DNA from: a virus
Lineage: Duplodnaviria; Caudoviricetes
Virus record (IMG/VR): IMGVR_UViG_3300011008_000028
DNA: 64,000 nucleotides
Strand: one strand, 5' to 3'
The position numbers and the translations under genes are program-made. Shown piece after piece: positions 19,726-29,871 of the stretch. The first letter of the stretch is position 1. Every line of letters starts with the position of its first letter. The notes beneath the pieces are model-generated. The model saw only the letters and a program-made list of their open reading frames with translations. It was not told the origin of the DNA and did not search any database.

Positions 19726-20460
19726 TTATTCATCCCCAAATAAATCTTCGGAGAGCTTAGGCAAAATGTAGCTTGGGGTTACAAGATCCGAAATCAGCTG
19801 CATACCGATTATGTATGTATTAACAGTGTTGAGGGTGACCTTGTTTGTTGAAAGGTTTGTGAGTTCATCGAGTACAACATATCCTTTGTTTGCAATGGAT
19901 TGTTGCATCTCCCTTTTCATCACAGGATCATCTGCTCTTGGGCCATGTAATTCCTGAAGAATTGCATCCGCATGCAGAGATACCAACAATGTAGCCTCAA
20001 TATCCGAGTCTCTGGAGTTTTTGTCTTTGTTGGTAACCTGGCCTGTTAACGCAGACACCTTCTCATTCGATACGGAGATTCCATTCTTCTTATGGAGCAA
20101 CTGCTGTGTACGTTTTACATTTATATATCCTACAAGACATTTCTCCTTGGAAACGATGATATGGGATTTATCCATAGACAGATGAGGCATGTATACGTAT
20201 TCATACAGCGGGATTCCAAGGACCTTTGCCGCCTTTTCCATATTCTCCATTTTAAGATCATTTTCGAATTCGGCAATCTCCAGTACGAAATTCTCATCGG
20301 GGTTCTTCAGGAAGTCCTTCATGAATTTCTCAAACTGTTTATCGTCCATGGAACTGAATTCATTTCTGTACCGTTCCGTATTCATACCTGTTGGATCCAT
20401 TGCATCAAATGTATCGTAAATCATTTGCTCTATTTCAGCTCTATTAGCAACCATATGCAT
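19726..20460 (-). CDS. RNA polymerase beta C-terminal subunit (virion RNAP, phiKZ gp149-like)
   Basis: DPTGMN..Y..F..MDD.QF N-terminus; KRTQQLLHKK, LTGQV, SDIE, QELHGPRADD. Confidence 0.75.
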   Translation of the reverse strand: MHMVANRAEIEQMIYDTFDAMDPTGMNTERYRNEFSSMDDKQFEKFMKDFLKNPDENFVLEIAEFENDLKMENMEKAAKVLGIPLYEYVYMPHLSMDKSHIIVSKEKCLVGYINVKRTQQLLHKKNGISVSNEKVSALTGQVTNKDKNSRDSDIEATLLVSLHADAILQELHGPRADDPVMKREMQQSIANKGYVVLDELTNLSTNKVTLNTVNTYIIGMQLISDLVTPSYILPKLSEDLFGDE

Positions 20461-20467
20461 TCCCTCC

Positions 20468-20917
20468 TTACATCATAGAATTTATATATGATTGAAGCTC
20501 TTTGTTTTCATCGATTGTAATTCCGATCTGGAACCCAGGACTTGCTTCATTCCTATTCCACTTATATCCATCGGGATATGAAGCAGTCCCATTGACATTG
20601 ATGAATAGAGATGGCTGGCCATAGTATTTATCCTTCTTGATTGCGATAGTGTTGTTGGAAATATATTTCCCCAATGAAGCGCACTGGGCAATGATCTGCT
20701 GTTTCAGATCCTCAACATCCAATTCATCATAGAATGAATATAAGTAACTTTCTATATCAATCCCGATATCTGGGAGGGAAGGATACTGGCCTGGTTTGGC
20801 AAACAATATGAACATCAAAACATTCCGCACCGTTTCAACTTCGGAACTCAGCTTTGGTTCATTGAAATCATTTGCTCCAAATGTTAGGTCATACCCCATA
20901 CGATTCTTCGCATACAT
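20468..20917 (-). CDS. baseplate wedge protein (T4 gp25-like)
   Basis: ILFAKPGQYPSLPDIGIDIESYLY matches the gp25/GPW pattern. Confidence 0.65.
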   Translation of the reverse strand: MYAKNRMGYDLTFGANDFNEPKLSSEVETVRNVLMFILFAKPGQYPSLPDIGIDIESYLYSFYDELDVEDLKQQIIAQCASLGKYISNNTIAIKKDKYYGQPSLFINVNGTASYPDGYKWNRNEASPGFQIGITIDENKELQSYINSMM

Positions 20918-20974
20918 TCATATCACCTCTACAAAAAGATTACTTCTCGGTTTAGAGGCTGCATAAATACAAAA

Positions 20975-21003
20975 GAGAAGCAGGGGGTAACCCCCTGCTT
21001 CTC
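20975..21003. terminator. palindromic hairpin with U tract on the minus strand
   Basis: GAGAAGCAGGGGG-taa-CCCCCTGCTTCTC. Confidence 0.7.
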
Positions 21004-21019
21004 CATATCCAACACACTC

Positions 21020-21721
21020 TCACATGTCGAGATCGACATGCGGTATGGGAGCGTCATCGACGACATCATCGATCACGTCATCAGCCGCTACAACGTCATC
21101 TTCGGAGATATCAACCGCATCCGGGTTGTCATCGACTTCGTTGAGCTTCTTCTTGTGATTGTGAACGATTATTGCCGTTGTGGTTACGCCTGCAGCAATG
21201 ATCGCGGCGGCGATAACACTGATAAGAATGATCTTTGTCTTGCGGTTCTTGCGGTATTCTTCGCTGAGTGCAGCTAGTGTAAGAACTTCTGTAGGACCAA
21301 TCCTGAGACGGCCAATTGCCTGCGGACCGCTGAGGAGATACTCGGTAAGTGTCTTCTTGTTTACCTTCTCGGGCTTCAGAGACTCAACCACAGTAGATGC
21401 CGAAACATCAATATCTGTATCCTCTTCCTCAGCAGTGGCAATAACGGAATCTTCGACCTCCATAAGAGTATCGAGATTCGTCGAGATCTCCGCCAGTTCA
21501 GCAGTCGTTGCAGGCGCCTTGTTGAACTTGAGATAAAGTTCACCCTTCTTCTCGAGCATTTCCGCACCGAAGATTGCCATGATCACTCCGGCATTGATTG
21601 CCGCCCTCTGCTGATCGCAGTACGTGGAATCCCACTTGTCCGACTCGATGTTTGACTTGATCGCATTGATTGTCTCGGGCATTTCATTGATTATACCCTG
21701 TGCATATGTTATTTTTGCCAT
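21020..21721 (-). CDS. membrane-anchored protein with acidic tail
   Basis: TM segment IILISVIAAAIIAAGVTTTAIIV; D-rich C-terminus. Confidence 0.7.
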   Translation of the reverse strand: MAKITYAQGIINEMPETINAIKSNIESDKWDSTYCDQQRAAINAGVIMAIFGAEMLEKKGELYLKFNKAPATTAELAEISTNLDTLMEVEDSVIATAEEEDTDIDVSASTVVESLKPEKVNKKTLTEYLLSGPQAIGRLRIGPTEVLTLAALSEEYRKNRKTKIILISVIAAAIIAAGVTTTAIIVHNHKKKLNEVDDNPDAVDISEDDVVAADDVIDDVVDDAPIPHVDLDM

Positions 21722-21737
21722 GATAGTTTCCTCCTTA

Positions 21738-22106
21738 TTACTTCTTGGCAGTGTGTTGGATGACTTTCGATATCAGGCTTATTAAGTCTGAATCCTCAAT
21801 GGTCATGGTTTCATTCCCGATACTTCCTGATATTTTGAAGATTCTTTTTAGTATCTTATATTCAAGCTGTAGCTTGAAAGGAATGCCTTTGGTTTCTTCG
21901 ATACCAACGATTGGGTTGATCGTAACTGTGAGATTACTGATTTTTGGTTTGGCACATGCCTGAACCAATATACTCACATGATTCCCATCCGGTGCATCGA
22001 ATATTAATTTTCCTTGCCAGGTATCCGGCTTAAGTGACAACTTCAGGTTGCTACACAATTCCTTGTTGTCAACCATGATCGGACCTGGCGGAAGTTTTAG
22101 AAGCAT
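21738..22106 (-). CDS. hypothetical protein
   Basis: 122 aa, AGGAGG RBS, TATATTAT at 22153-22160. Confidence 0.65.
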   Translation of the reverse strand: MLLKLPPGPIMVDNKELCSNLKLSLKPDTWQGKLIFDAPDGNHVSILVQACAKPKISNLTVTINPIVGIEETKGIPFKLQLEYKILKRIFKISGSIGNETMTIEDSDLISLISKVIQHTAKK

Positions 22107-22185
22107 TTAGTAACCCTCCTTTTCAGTAATATTTCTTTTGCTTCTTAATTTAATAATATATACGTGAAAATTCGGGTTATTCCAT

Positions 22186-22944
22186 TTACTTCATTGCATC
22201 GATAATATACGATATCGGCTCTGATAATTCCAGTTCCTCGGGCAAAGGCTCTGTGTACTTCTTATCAACAAAGAACTCGTACAAGACAAAAATATCATAT
22301 ATTTTCGAATACCAACTCCACAATGTGAGTTCGTTTTTGTTAGCTAGGTTATGTAGCATCTGTCTCATCATTGCAGGGATGTCTCTGGAGCCGGTATGAT
22401 AACCGAAAGAGATTGCTCTTTCATTGAGCTGTTGCAAACGAGGGTCATCTCGGTAACCGTTTCCTGCAATGATTGCCATTATGGTCTCATGTATCCCTGC
22501 TTCCTTGCGAATGTATGTTGCCAGGGCATTGTGAATCAACAATCCGATTCGCTGTGGAGTACCAACTCTTTTGTATGATCGTAAGGCGTCAATGGCGGAT
22601 TGAGCGGAAACAAATCGTTTGATCGGAATTATAGCAGGGAGTATGTCGGAATAGTTATGAATATGCATGTAAATAACATATTCATTATTGGAATTTATCC
22701 CCAGTAGATACTCAGGTGCTTTATCTTCAGTATTGACCTTTCGATCACCAATGTATACTTCTGGATGCCCTGGTTTGGCATCTTTGATTACATATGTAAC
22801 TGATGGATCATGGGTCTGTTTCAAATCATACCATTCTCTGGTTACATACTCAACTCTGTTTGGGTTGAATGCATCCCACTGTTTGGTGAGATCTACCTCA
22901 ATAACTCTGGTGTTATTGTTAATATTATTATCAGTACTAAGCAT
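22186..22944 (-). CDS. hypothetical protein, possibly tail-associated
   Basis: 252 aa, GGAGG RBS; VTREWYDLKQTHDPSVTYVIKD resembles a tail-fibre-type motif. Confidence 0.6.
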   Translation of the reverse strand: MLSTDNNINNNTRVIEVDLTKQWDAFNPNRVEYVTREWYDLKQTHDPSVTYVIKDAKPGHPEVYIGDRKVNTEDKAPEYLLGINSNNEYVIYMHIHNYSDILPAIIPIKRFVSAQSAIDALRSYKRVGTPQRIGLLIHNALATYIRKEAGIHETIMAIIAGNGYRDDPRLQQLNERAISFGYHTGSRDIPAMMRQMLHNLANKNELTLWSWYSKIYDIFVLYEFFVDKKYTEPLPEELELSEPISYIIDAMK

Positions 22945-23015
22945 GATACTGTACCTCCAATGAAAATATATATTATAATGATGGGTGGAAATAAACTAAT
23001 GAAAGGAAATGTGAT

Positions 23016-23306
23016 ATGAAAGATAAGAATGAATATATCTATGCAATAGATACTGAGAAATATTTTCACGAAGCAAAACCCGTCGGGAAGATATATGATT
23101 TATGGCGAATTCCATGTAGTAATCCAGGCCCAGGGATCAAACTAGCCAGGTTCAAATATGACCATACATCAAAGTCTTGGCTATGGTTAAGTTTCGAAAT
23201 GTTCAAAGATTTCGTCAAATATCAAAACATATTGACATATATCAAAAATTTCAATACCAAGGAGGAAGTCATCAGATGGAATTCGATGAAAAGTTTATTG
23301 AAGTAG
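23016..23306 (+). CDS. hypothetical protein
   Basis: 96 aa after TATATTAT (22969-22976) and AAGGA; overlaps the gyrA start. Confidence 0.6.
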   Translation: MKDKNEYIYAIDTEKYFHEAKPVGKIYDLWRIPCSNPGPGIKLARFKYDHTSKSWLWLSFEMFKDFVKYQNILTYIKNFNTKEEVIRWNSMKSLLK

Positions 23307-26300
23307 AAGCAGGAGAGATCACCAAGAAATGGCAAAGTGTATATGCGTACAACATTGTCATCGCCAGGATGATCCCAGAATTGATTGATGGTCTCAATCC
23401 TGTTAAGCGCAGAGCTATCTATACTATGTTTCTAAAAGATGGAGGGAAGAATTTCAGGAAGGTGTTAGCGATTTCGGGAGACACCGTCGGTAAGGTCCAT
23501 CCTCATTCCAGCACTTCAATCGAAAGTGCAATTGTGGGGATGGGACAGCCATGGAAAAATACGATCCCCCTAATCGAAAGAAAAGGTAATTACGGGACCT
23601 GCTATGATGAGGATACAGAAGTATTGGTATTGGGTTATGCAGATGCTCCTAATACGGTATCATGGGTAAAATGGAAAGATTTCTATGATAAATGTTCAGG
23701 GAAGCTCGGTTCCTGTGATATTGAAACCGGTGAATGGTTATGGGAGGAACCTAGCAACCTTGTCAAGTACAATATGAAAGAAAGATATGCCGATGAACCT
23801 GAGAAGATGATCATGATTGTCGGTAAGAACTCCGGAGCAGGTGGAGCTCCTGGTGGAGCAGTTGACTCTTCCGGAGGTGGACAGACAGGGGTAAGCTCTA
23901 CCGCTGGTGCTCCTACAAATGATCCATCCTTGAATAACCCTATCGATTTAGGCGAAACCCCTCCTGCACCTGGTGGGGCAAATAAGTTCATCGACTTCAT
24001 GGTTACCGAAGATCATAACATGGTCATCAAGGCCGTGTCTCCTGCTCCCGATGAAGATAAGTTTGAATTCCGTAAAGCAAATGATCTTCCTGATGTATTC
24101 CAGACTAAGGTCAAGGATATCATAATTCCGGAAGAGAGGAAAGGATTCGGCGAGAAACACATTCTCCCTACTCCCAACATGGAACCATATGGACTGTGGC
24201 AGCCTGATACAGAGTACAAGGATCCAGATGATCTTGTGTGGGTAGTTGATGCATTTGGCAAATCAGATCTCCCGATGAATATCTTCTTGAAGGTGATATC
24301 TGTCTTCCTGGCATATGGTAAACTCACAACGGAAGACAAGATTGAACTCAATGACGATGCAACGAAGGTTGATCTGGATGATCTGAAAGGGCTGTTTGAG
24401 TTCGAGGATGACACCCATATTACTGATGGGAACATTGTGGCATTCTTCAAAGGATATGATGAACCGATCATGCCTCCTACAGAAGAAGGTGAAGGAGGCG
24501 AGGAAGAAGCGGAAGAGGAAGAATATCCGGCATTCATCCCATATGGGATATTCATGATGAATACCGAGAATATCGAAACATTCTTCTCGACATATGCTGA
24601 AGTAACTCAGTCGTCTCCTCTGATGATCAAAACCACAACACAGGATATCCAGTATCAATTCCAGGCATTGGCTGTTATGACAAGCAAGTTCACATCATTG
24701 GGGCAAACCGATCCTGAATGTAAGCATCCTGTTGGTAAGGCCCAGGCAGGAAAGTTCAAATACATCGTTGAATGCAAACCTGAATTCGAACCTCGAATCG
24801 AGAAGAAGACGGCAATCAGTACTGTTGAGTACAAAGGTGATGTTTACTGTGCTGAGATGCCTACACATCACACCATGGTCACCAGACGTAATGAAGTCAC
24901 ACTGATTGCAGGTAACTGCTCCGGTGATAGTGCAGGCGCTCCTCGTTACATTCAGGCAAAGCTCTCTGAATATGCTCAGGCATGTTACTTCGAAGACTGG
25001 AAAGATTCCGTTGTTGATATGGAACTTGCATATGATGAAGAGACAATGATGCCTAACTATCTCCCGGCCAAGTACCCGAATGTATTGGTCAACGGCTGTT
25101 TGGGTGTTGCATATGGTATCTCGGTACAGATTCCATCGTACAACTTCAAAGAAGTTCTTGATGCGACAATCATGTTGATGAGAGATCCAAATGCAAATAT
25201 CATTCTGATACCAGATTCTCCTACGGGAGCGGACATCATCGAGGCCGACTTCGGAGCAATCACGAAACGCGGCAAAGGCGTATATATGCAGAGATGCCGG
25301 TATGAGATTGATCCCGAAAGCAACATGATCACAATTACAGCACTTCCCGAGCGTAGTACAGCAAATGCTGTTCGTGAGACCATTGCAAATATCAAGGAGA
25401 AGGGTGGACTGTCTGAACTTCTGGCAATGAATGATCTCTCCGGTGTTGATATCAAGATCGAACTGATCATTCGTGATGACGTAAATCCATACAAGTTCAT
25501 GAAGAAGTTGATCTCACAGGTAGCTGGGCTTGAACAGTCATACCCTGTAACAGTACGAGTGACATCCGACTATATGCTCTTCAAATATTCCATCCCGCAA
25601 GTATTGCTTGAATGGATCAAGTGGAGAAGGGAACAGAAACGAACTGTCCTGTCTAACAAGAGAGGAACATTGTACGGAGAGCAGAGAGTTAATGATATCA
25701 AACTCTTCATCATGAACCCGCAGAATCTGAAGGATACACTGGATATTTTCAGACACTCTCACAACCGACAGGAGATTGAAGAGAAGCTGATTGCCAAGTA
25801 TCGTCATACCGAGATCATGATGGATTCCGTTCAGGCTCGTGCTCTGTCTAACATGAGAATGATCGAACTAACGATCGATGCTTATGAAGGATATAAGAAA
25901 AGGGCAGAAGAAATCCGCAAGGAACTGCAGGAGATCGAGGACACACTGAATGCGGATGACGGTGTTGACAAGGTAATCATTGCGGAACTGAGAGAAGGTA
26001 TTAAACGTTTCGGGAAACCAAGACGTTCAAGAGTTGTTCCATACCAGATTTCTGTATCCAATGAGGTCGATGGTTGGTGCATACTGCAGCTGTCTTCGGA
26101 CGGTACAATCATTCGAATTCCGGCAACCAACGCAGATACTGAACCCGTTCCTACCGATACCAATGGATTTGCATGTCTGGTAGATAATGACGCTTCGTTC
26201 ATTCTGATAGATGATAAGGGATTCCATACATTTATTCGGGTCAAGGAACTGCCGGTGAACTCTGAAGTTCCTGTGTTCCGGTATTCCAAGAAACCATTGG

Positions 26301-26941
26301 ATGGGAAGGTTGTTGCAATGCTTCCATTCGATATCGAGTCGGATAAGTGTTGTACATTGATATCCAGACAGGGTGTTGTCAAGAAGGTTCGCATTGCCGA
26401 TATTGGCCCGTCAAAGAAGCCGATAATCACAATCGACAAGGATGATCGGATTGTGAAGGGAATCGTACTCAGAGCAAAGTCTCAGAAGGATCTCCTTATA
26501 TATACCAAGAATGGTATGGGACAGAGACTTGATCCTAACTCCATCCGGATCACCTCCCCATCTGCCAAGGGTATGAATGGATTCAAACTGAAGAATGATG
26601 ATGAGATATGCGGAGTATATTCAATCTCCCCAGAAGAGAATTCGTATCTGTTGTATGTAACAGCCAAGGGTAAGATGAGACTTAACCTCATTGACTATCT
26701 CCCTACCAGAGAATCCAAACATGATTCAATGGTGCAGCTCATCATGCTTAATGACAGAGATAAGCTGGTGGCTGTTGCCGGTTGTAACAAACTCGACAAG
26801 GCAACGGTGTACTATGATGACTCTGATTCGGAGACTATCGATATTAGCAAACTTCCGGAGTCTACAATGGCAAGTGAACCCAAGAAGGTCACATCGAAGA
26901 ATGCGGTATCAAACAACATTACCAAGGTCAAAATAAACTAA
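23276..26941 (+). CDS. gyrA: type IIA topoisomerase subunit A (GyrA/ParC) with intein
   Basis: DGLNPVKRR, KVHPHS, GNYG, APRY (catalytic Tyr), YLPAKYPNVLVNG, C-terminal pinwheel repeats; start set at ATG 23276 after GGAGG. Confidence 0.92.
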   Translation: MEFDEKFIEVEAGEITKKWQSVYAYNIVIARMIPELIDGLNPVKRRAIYTMFLKDGGKNFRKVLAISGDTVGKVHPHSSTSIESAIVGMGQPWKNTIPLIERKGNYGTCYDEDTEVLVLGYADAPNTVSWVKWKDFYDKCSGKLGSCDIETGEWLWEEPSNLVKYNMKERYADEPEKMIMIVGKNSGAGGAPGGAVDSSGGGQTGVSSTAGAPTNDPSLNNPIDLGETPPAPGGANKFIDFMVTEDHNMVIKAVSPAPDEDKFEFRKANDLPDVFQTKVKDIIIPEERKGFGEKHILPTPNMEPYGLWQPDTEYKDPDDLVWVVDAFGKSDLPMNIFLKVISVFLAYGKLTTEDKIELNDDATKVDLDDLKGLFEFEDDTHITDGNIVAFFKGYDEPIMPPTEEGEGGEEEAEEEEYPAFIPYGIFMMNTENIETFFSTYAEVTQSSPLMIKTTTQDIQYQFQALAVMTSKFTSLGQTDPECKHPVGKAQAGKFKYIVECKPEFEPRIEKKTAISTVEYKGDVYCAEMPTHHTMVTRRNEVTLIAGNCSGDSAGAPRYIQAKLSEYAQACYFEDWKDSVVDMELAYDEETMMPNYLPAKYPNVLVNGCLGVAYGISVQIPSYNFKEVLDATIMLMRDPNANIILIPDSPTGADIIEADFGAITKRGKGVYMQRCRYEIDPESNMITITALPERSTANAVRETIANIKEKGGLSELLAMNDLSGVDIKIELIIRDDVNPYKFMKKLISQVAGLEQSYPVTVRVTSDYMLFKYSIPQVLLEWIKWRREQKRTVLSNKRGTLYGEQRVNDIKLFIMNPQNLKDTLDIFRHSHNRQEIEEKLIAKYRHTEIMMDSVQARALSNMRMIELTIDAYEGYKKRAEEIRKELQEIEDTLNADDGVDKVIIAELREGIKRFGKPRRSRVVPYQISVSNEVDGWCILQLSSDGTIIRIPATNADTEPVPTDTNGFACLVDNDASFILIDDKGFHTFIRVKELPVNSEVPVFRYSKKPLDGKVVAMLPFDIESDKCCTLISRQGVVKKVRIADIGPSKKPIITIDKDDRIVKGIVLRAKSQKDLLIYTKNGMGQRLDPNSIRITSPSAKGMNGFKLKNDDEICGVYSISPEENSYLLYVTAKGKMRLNLIDYLPTRESKHDSMVQLIMLNDRDKLVAVAGCNKLDKATVYYDDSDSETIDISKLPESTMASEPKKVTSKNAVSNNITKVKIN
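23600..24916 (+). mobile_element. intein in GyrA (439 aa) with degenerate LAGLIDADG region and low-complexity inserts
   Basis: GNYGT|CYDEDTEVL, VTEDHNMV (block B), YKGDVYCAEM..HTMVTRRN..IAGN|C; removal restores GNYGT-CSGDSAGAPRY. Confidence 0.9.
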
Positions 26942-26944
26942 ACA

Positions 26945-26970
26945 AAAGGCAGGGTTTAAACCCTGCCTTT
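26945..26970. terminator. perfect 26-nt palindrome after gyrA
   Basis: AAAGGCAGGGTTTAAACCCTGCCTTT followed by a T-rich tail. Confidence 0.75.
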
Positions 26971-26993
26971 ATTTTATATTTTGGAGGTAAATC

Positions 26994-27188
26994 ATGTTAA
27001 TCGATTCGAAATATTATCCAAGATATGTTTGGGTTGTTAGTTATTGTGATGGCAATGATAATGAGCCAACCGTTACGGTGTTTGACAATAAAGAAGCAGC
27101 AGAAAAATGTTATGATGCATTTAAGGAAGGTCATAACCGAGTTGCGATTGATGAAGCGCCGGTTTATAAGCAATTCAATTTATTATAA
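26994..27188 (+). CDS. small hypothetical protein
   Basis: 64 aa, GGAGG RBS. Confidence 0.7.
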   Translation: MLIDSKYYPRYVWVVSYCDGNDNEPTVTVFDNKEAAEKCYDAFKEGHNRVAIDEAPVYKQFNLL

Positions 27189-27217
27189 AATCAATTTGTT
27201 CATGGAGGAGGGATAAA

Positions 27218-27466
27218 ATGGAGCCTAACCTAAAATTTACCATTACTGATACTACCAAATTTGAAGAAGGTATAGACGGCCCTTGTGTTATCAAAGGTGC
27301 TGACAAGGGTATCGATATTGTCTTCATTAGAATCACTGATTCTAAAGTAAAATTTAAAGGCAATCAAGATACGATCCGTCAAATTGCTCGATCTAATCAT
27401 ATCAGTATGAACAAAGCTCGGAAACGATTTGCAAGGATTTATCGCGCCATCGTTAACATCTCATAG
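27218..27466 (+). CDS. small hypothetical protein
   Basis: 82 aa, GGAGG RBS. Confidence 0.7.
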   Translation: MEPNLKFTITDTTKFEEGIDGPCVIKGADKGIDIVFIRITDSKVKFKGNQDTIRQIARSNHISMNKARKRFARIYRAIVNIS

Positions 27467-27488
27467 TCATATGCTTCTCTTAAGAAAT

Positions 27489-27596
27489 CGGCGGGCGCTA
27501 TTCGGTGGTCACTCGTATCACGGTGCTTCAGATGGTGCATTCTATTGCGACCTGACTGGTACTGTGTCTGGTTCCAACTGGAATATTGGCGCCCGC
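27489..27596 (+). repeat. DGR variable-region-like cassette, copy 2 (orphan)
   Basis: translates RRALFGGHSYHGASDGAFYCDLTGTVSGSNWNIGAR, continuing LSLKP; only a short RBS-less frame from ATG 27471; hairpin ACATCCC-attc-GGGATGT at 27643-27660. Confidence 0.85.
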
Positions 27597-27727
27597 CTCT
27601 CCCTGAAACCGACCGCGGAAGGGAGAATCAAGAGACTTGGAAACATCCCATTCGGGATGTGTCGCCAGATGCAATAATTAACAGATAAAAATTATTGAAA
27701 TGATATATTATAAACATAAGAAAGGAG

Positions 27728-29866
27728 TTGAGAGCAATGACATTTGAAAAGATCTTATCTGATGTATCTATGGATATTATGAGCTTACAGGATGCATATA
27801 ATGAAATTCTTAAGAAAGATCATTTTAAAAAGATCAATTATTATGCCCATATCAATGATATCAGCAAAGAGCCAATGAGCGAAGGGCAGTTGCAGGAATT
27901 GGAAGCAATTGTGGATATACTTCAGATACTGTATAATTCCAGTGTCGGCAGCCCTGTTACCGATTCTGATTTTGATTCTCTACAGGAAACACTTGTTAGT
28001 ATGGGCATACCAAGACTGTCTGGTAGTCTGGAGATCAATGACAATAACAAAGTCAGCGGGATGTTTACGACTCTGCGGGGTACATTGGGTAAAACTTACT
28101 ATCTGTATCCTGATGAAATCCGTACCAACAAATCCCGAGACTATCTCGATGATTGGATCAAACGTACTGAAGCTCTGTATGAGCGGAAGACTGGAAAGAA
28201 GATTGATCTGAATAAAGTGAAATGTGTTGTTCAAAGCAAATTCGATGGGGTAAGCGTAACTCTCGAATACAGTGGAGAGAAGCCTGTGTGGATTAGCCGA
28301 GGAGATACCAAAGCCAACAGGGCATCTGATGTGAGTCATCATATGAAACAATTCAACGATGTCTTCTGCAATGATGGTCCAATTGGTATCAAGTTCGAAT
28401 GTATGATGAGCGAGGAGAACTTCGAATATATCAATTCCCTAATAAGTAATCCTCAGTTACGGTATCACAATTCCAGGCAGGTTGTGACATCTACACTGAA
28501 CTCAGGTGAAGCGGATTTCAAATCAGAATATCTGTATCCCGTACCATTGCGTGTTATACACCCTGGGGAAGATATGGAAGAGATTCATCCAGATATGTAT
28601 GCGAAGTTCCCGACTGTTGTATGCACATTCGGGGATCGTGATATCATCAAGAAGTTCGCAAATGAACATCGGTATGTTGAATATCGCGGGATGCATTTCC
28701 GGACAGATGGTGCCGTATTGACAATACTTGATCCTGAAATAAGACGCGTCCTTGGTCGTGAAGAGAATGTTAATAAGTTCGAAGTCGCGTATAAGTTCAC
28801 CGAAGAACAGGCCATTACCAAAGTCAAGAAGGTCGAGTTCTATGTATCCAATTTCGGGTTTGTGACTCCAGTACTTGTGGTGAATGATGTAATCCTTAAG
28901 GGTAATACAATCAACCACATATCTCTGTCCAATAAGGAACGGTTTGATGAGCTTGATCTTCATTACGGTGATGAAGTCAAGGTACTATATGACATCATTC
29001 CGTATGTGATCATCGATCCGATGTGCAATCGGCAGCCACATGGTCGGAAGATCGAGTTCGTCCGTTTCTGTCCAAGATGCGGTCATGAGCTGAATCTGAA
29101 TACTACTCAAATCCAGTGTAAGAACCCATCCTGTCCATGTAAAGTCATCGGCAATATTCTGAACTATTGTCAGGGAGTGAGGATCCAGAATATTGGTTAT
29201 TCCACCCTAGAGCAACTGTGGAATGCCGGACTTCTTAAGAATGGAATTCGTTCATTGTATAAGCTCAAGAAGAAGGCAAATGAGATTACCGATCTTGAAG
29301 GATTTGGGCAACTCAAGGCAAGGAAGATCATTTCGGAAATCGAAGCGAAACGTCGGCTTCCGGATTATATCTTCTTCGGGTCCATTGGAATACAAGGCCT
29401 GTCTACGAAATCCTTCCAGGAAATATTCAGCAAAGTACCTCTGGATGATTTCGTCAATATGATCAAGGCGAAATCGTTTGAACTACTGAGAGAACGGCTA
29501 TTGATGGCAAACACCATCGGCGCTGTGAAGACTGGTGATCTCGTGAACTGGCTCAAGGATACAAAGAACCGCACTGAACTATTCAAACTCATGGATGAGT
29601 TGTTGATCAAAGAATCTTACTCTGCTGCAGAAGTATCCAAGAATATGATCAAGATTGTATTCTCTGGATGTAGACCATCTGAAGAGATGAGAGCAATGTT
29701 AACGAATCATGGATATGAAGTATGCGACAATTGGCATTCTCAGGCCAGGTATCTGGTCATCCCCAGGAATGGATTCACATCCAGTAAGGTTAACAAAGCC
29801 ATGAGTAAAGGCATCCCGATAATAACTATCGGAAATATAACAAGAGATATACCAGGTCTCATATAA
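27728..29866 (+). CDS. ligA: NAD-dependent DNA ligase
   Basis: TDSDFDSL, KFDGVS, SRGD, TDGAVL, AYKF, CPRCG..C.NPSC Zn finger, HhH repeats, C-terminal BRCT. Confidence 0.92.
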   Translation: MRAMTFEKILSDVSMDIMSLQDAYNEILKKDHFKKINYYAHINDISKEPMSEGQLQELEAIVDILQILYNSSVGSPVTDSDFDSLQETLVSMGIPRLSGSLEINDNNKVSGMFTTLRGTLGKTYYLYPDEIRTNKSRDYLDDWIKRTEALYERKTGKKIDLNKVKCVVQSKFDGVSVTLEYSGEKPVWISRGDTKANRASDVSHHMKQFNDVFCNDGPIGIKFECMMSEENFEYINSLISNPQLRYHNSRQVVTSTLNSGEADFKSEYLYPVPLRVIHPGEDMEEIHPDMYAKFPTVVCTFGDRDIIKKFANEHRYVEYRGMHFRTDGAVLTILDPEIRRVLGREENVNKFEVAYKFTEEQAITKVKKVEFYVSNFGFVTPVLVVNDVILKGNTINHISLSNKERFDELDLHYGDEVKVLYDIIPYVIIDPMCNRQPHGRKIEFVRFCPRCGHELNLNTTQIQCKNPSCPCKVIGNILNYCQGVRIQNIGYSTLEQLWNAGLLKNGIRSLYKLKKKANEITDLEGFGQLKARKIISEIEAKRRLPDYIFFGSIGIQGLSTKSFQEIFSKVPLDDFVNMIKAKSFELLRERLLMANTIGAVKTGDLVNWLKDTKNRTELFKLMDELLIKESYSAAEVSKNMIKIVFSGCRPSEEMRAMLTNHGYEVCDNWHSQARYLVIPRNGFTSSKVNKAMSKGIPIITIGNITRDIPGLI

Positions 29867-29871
29867 AGGAA

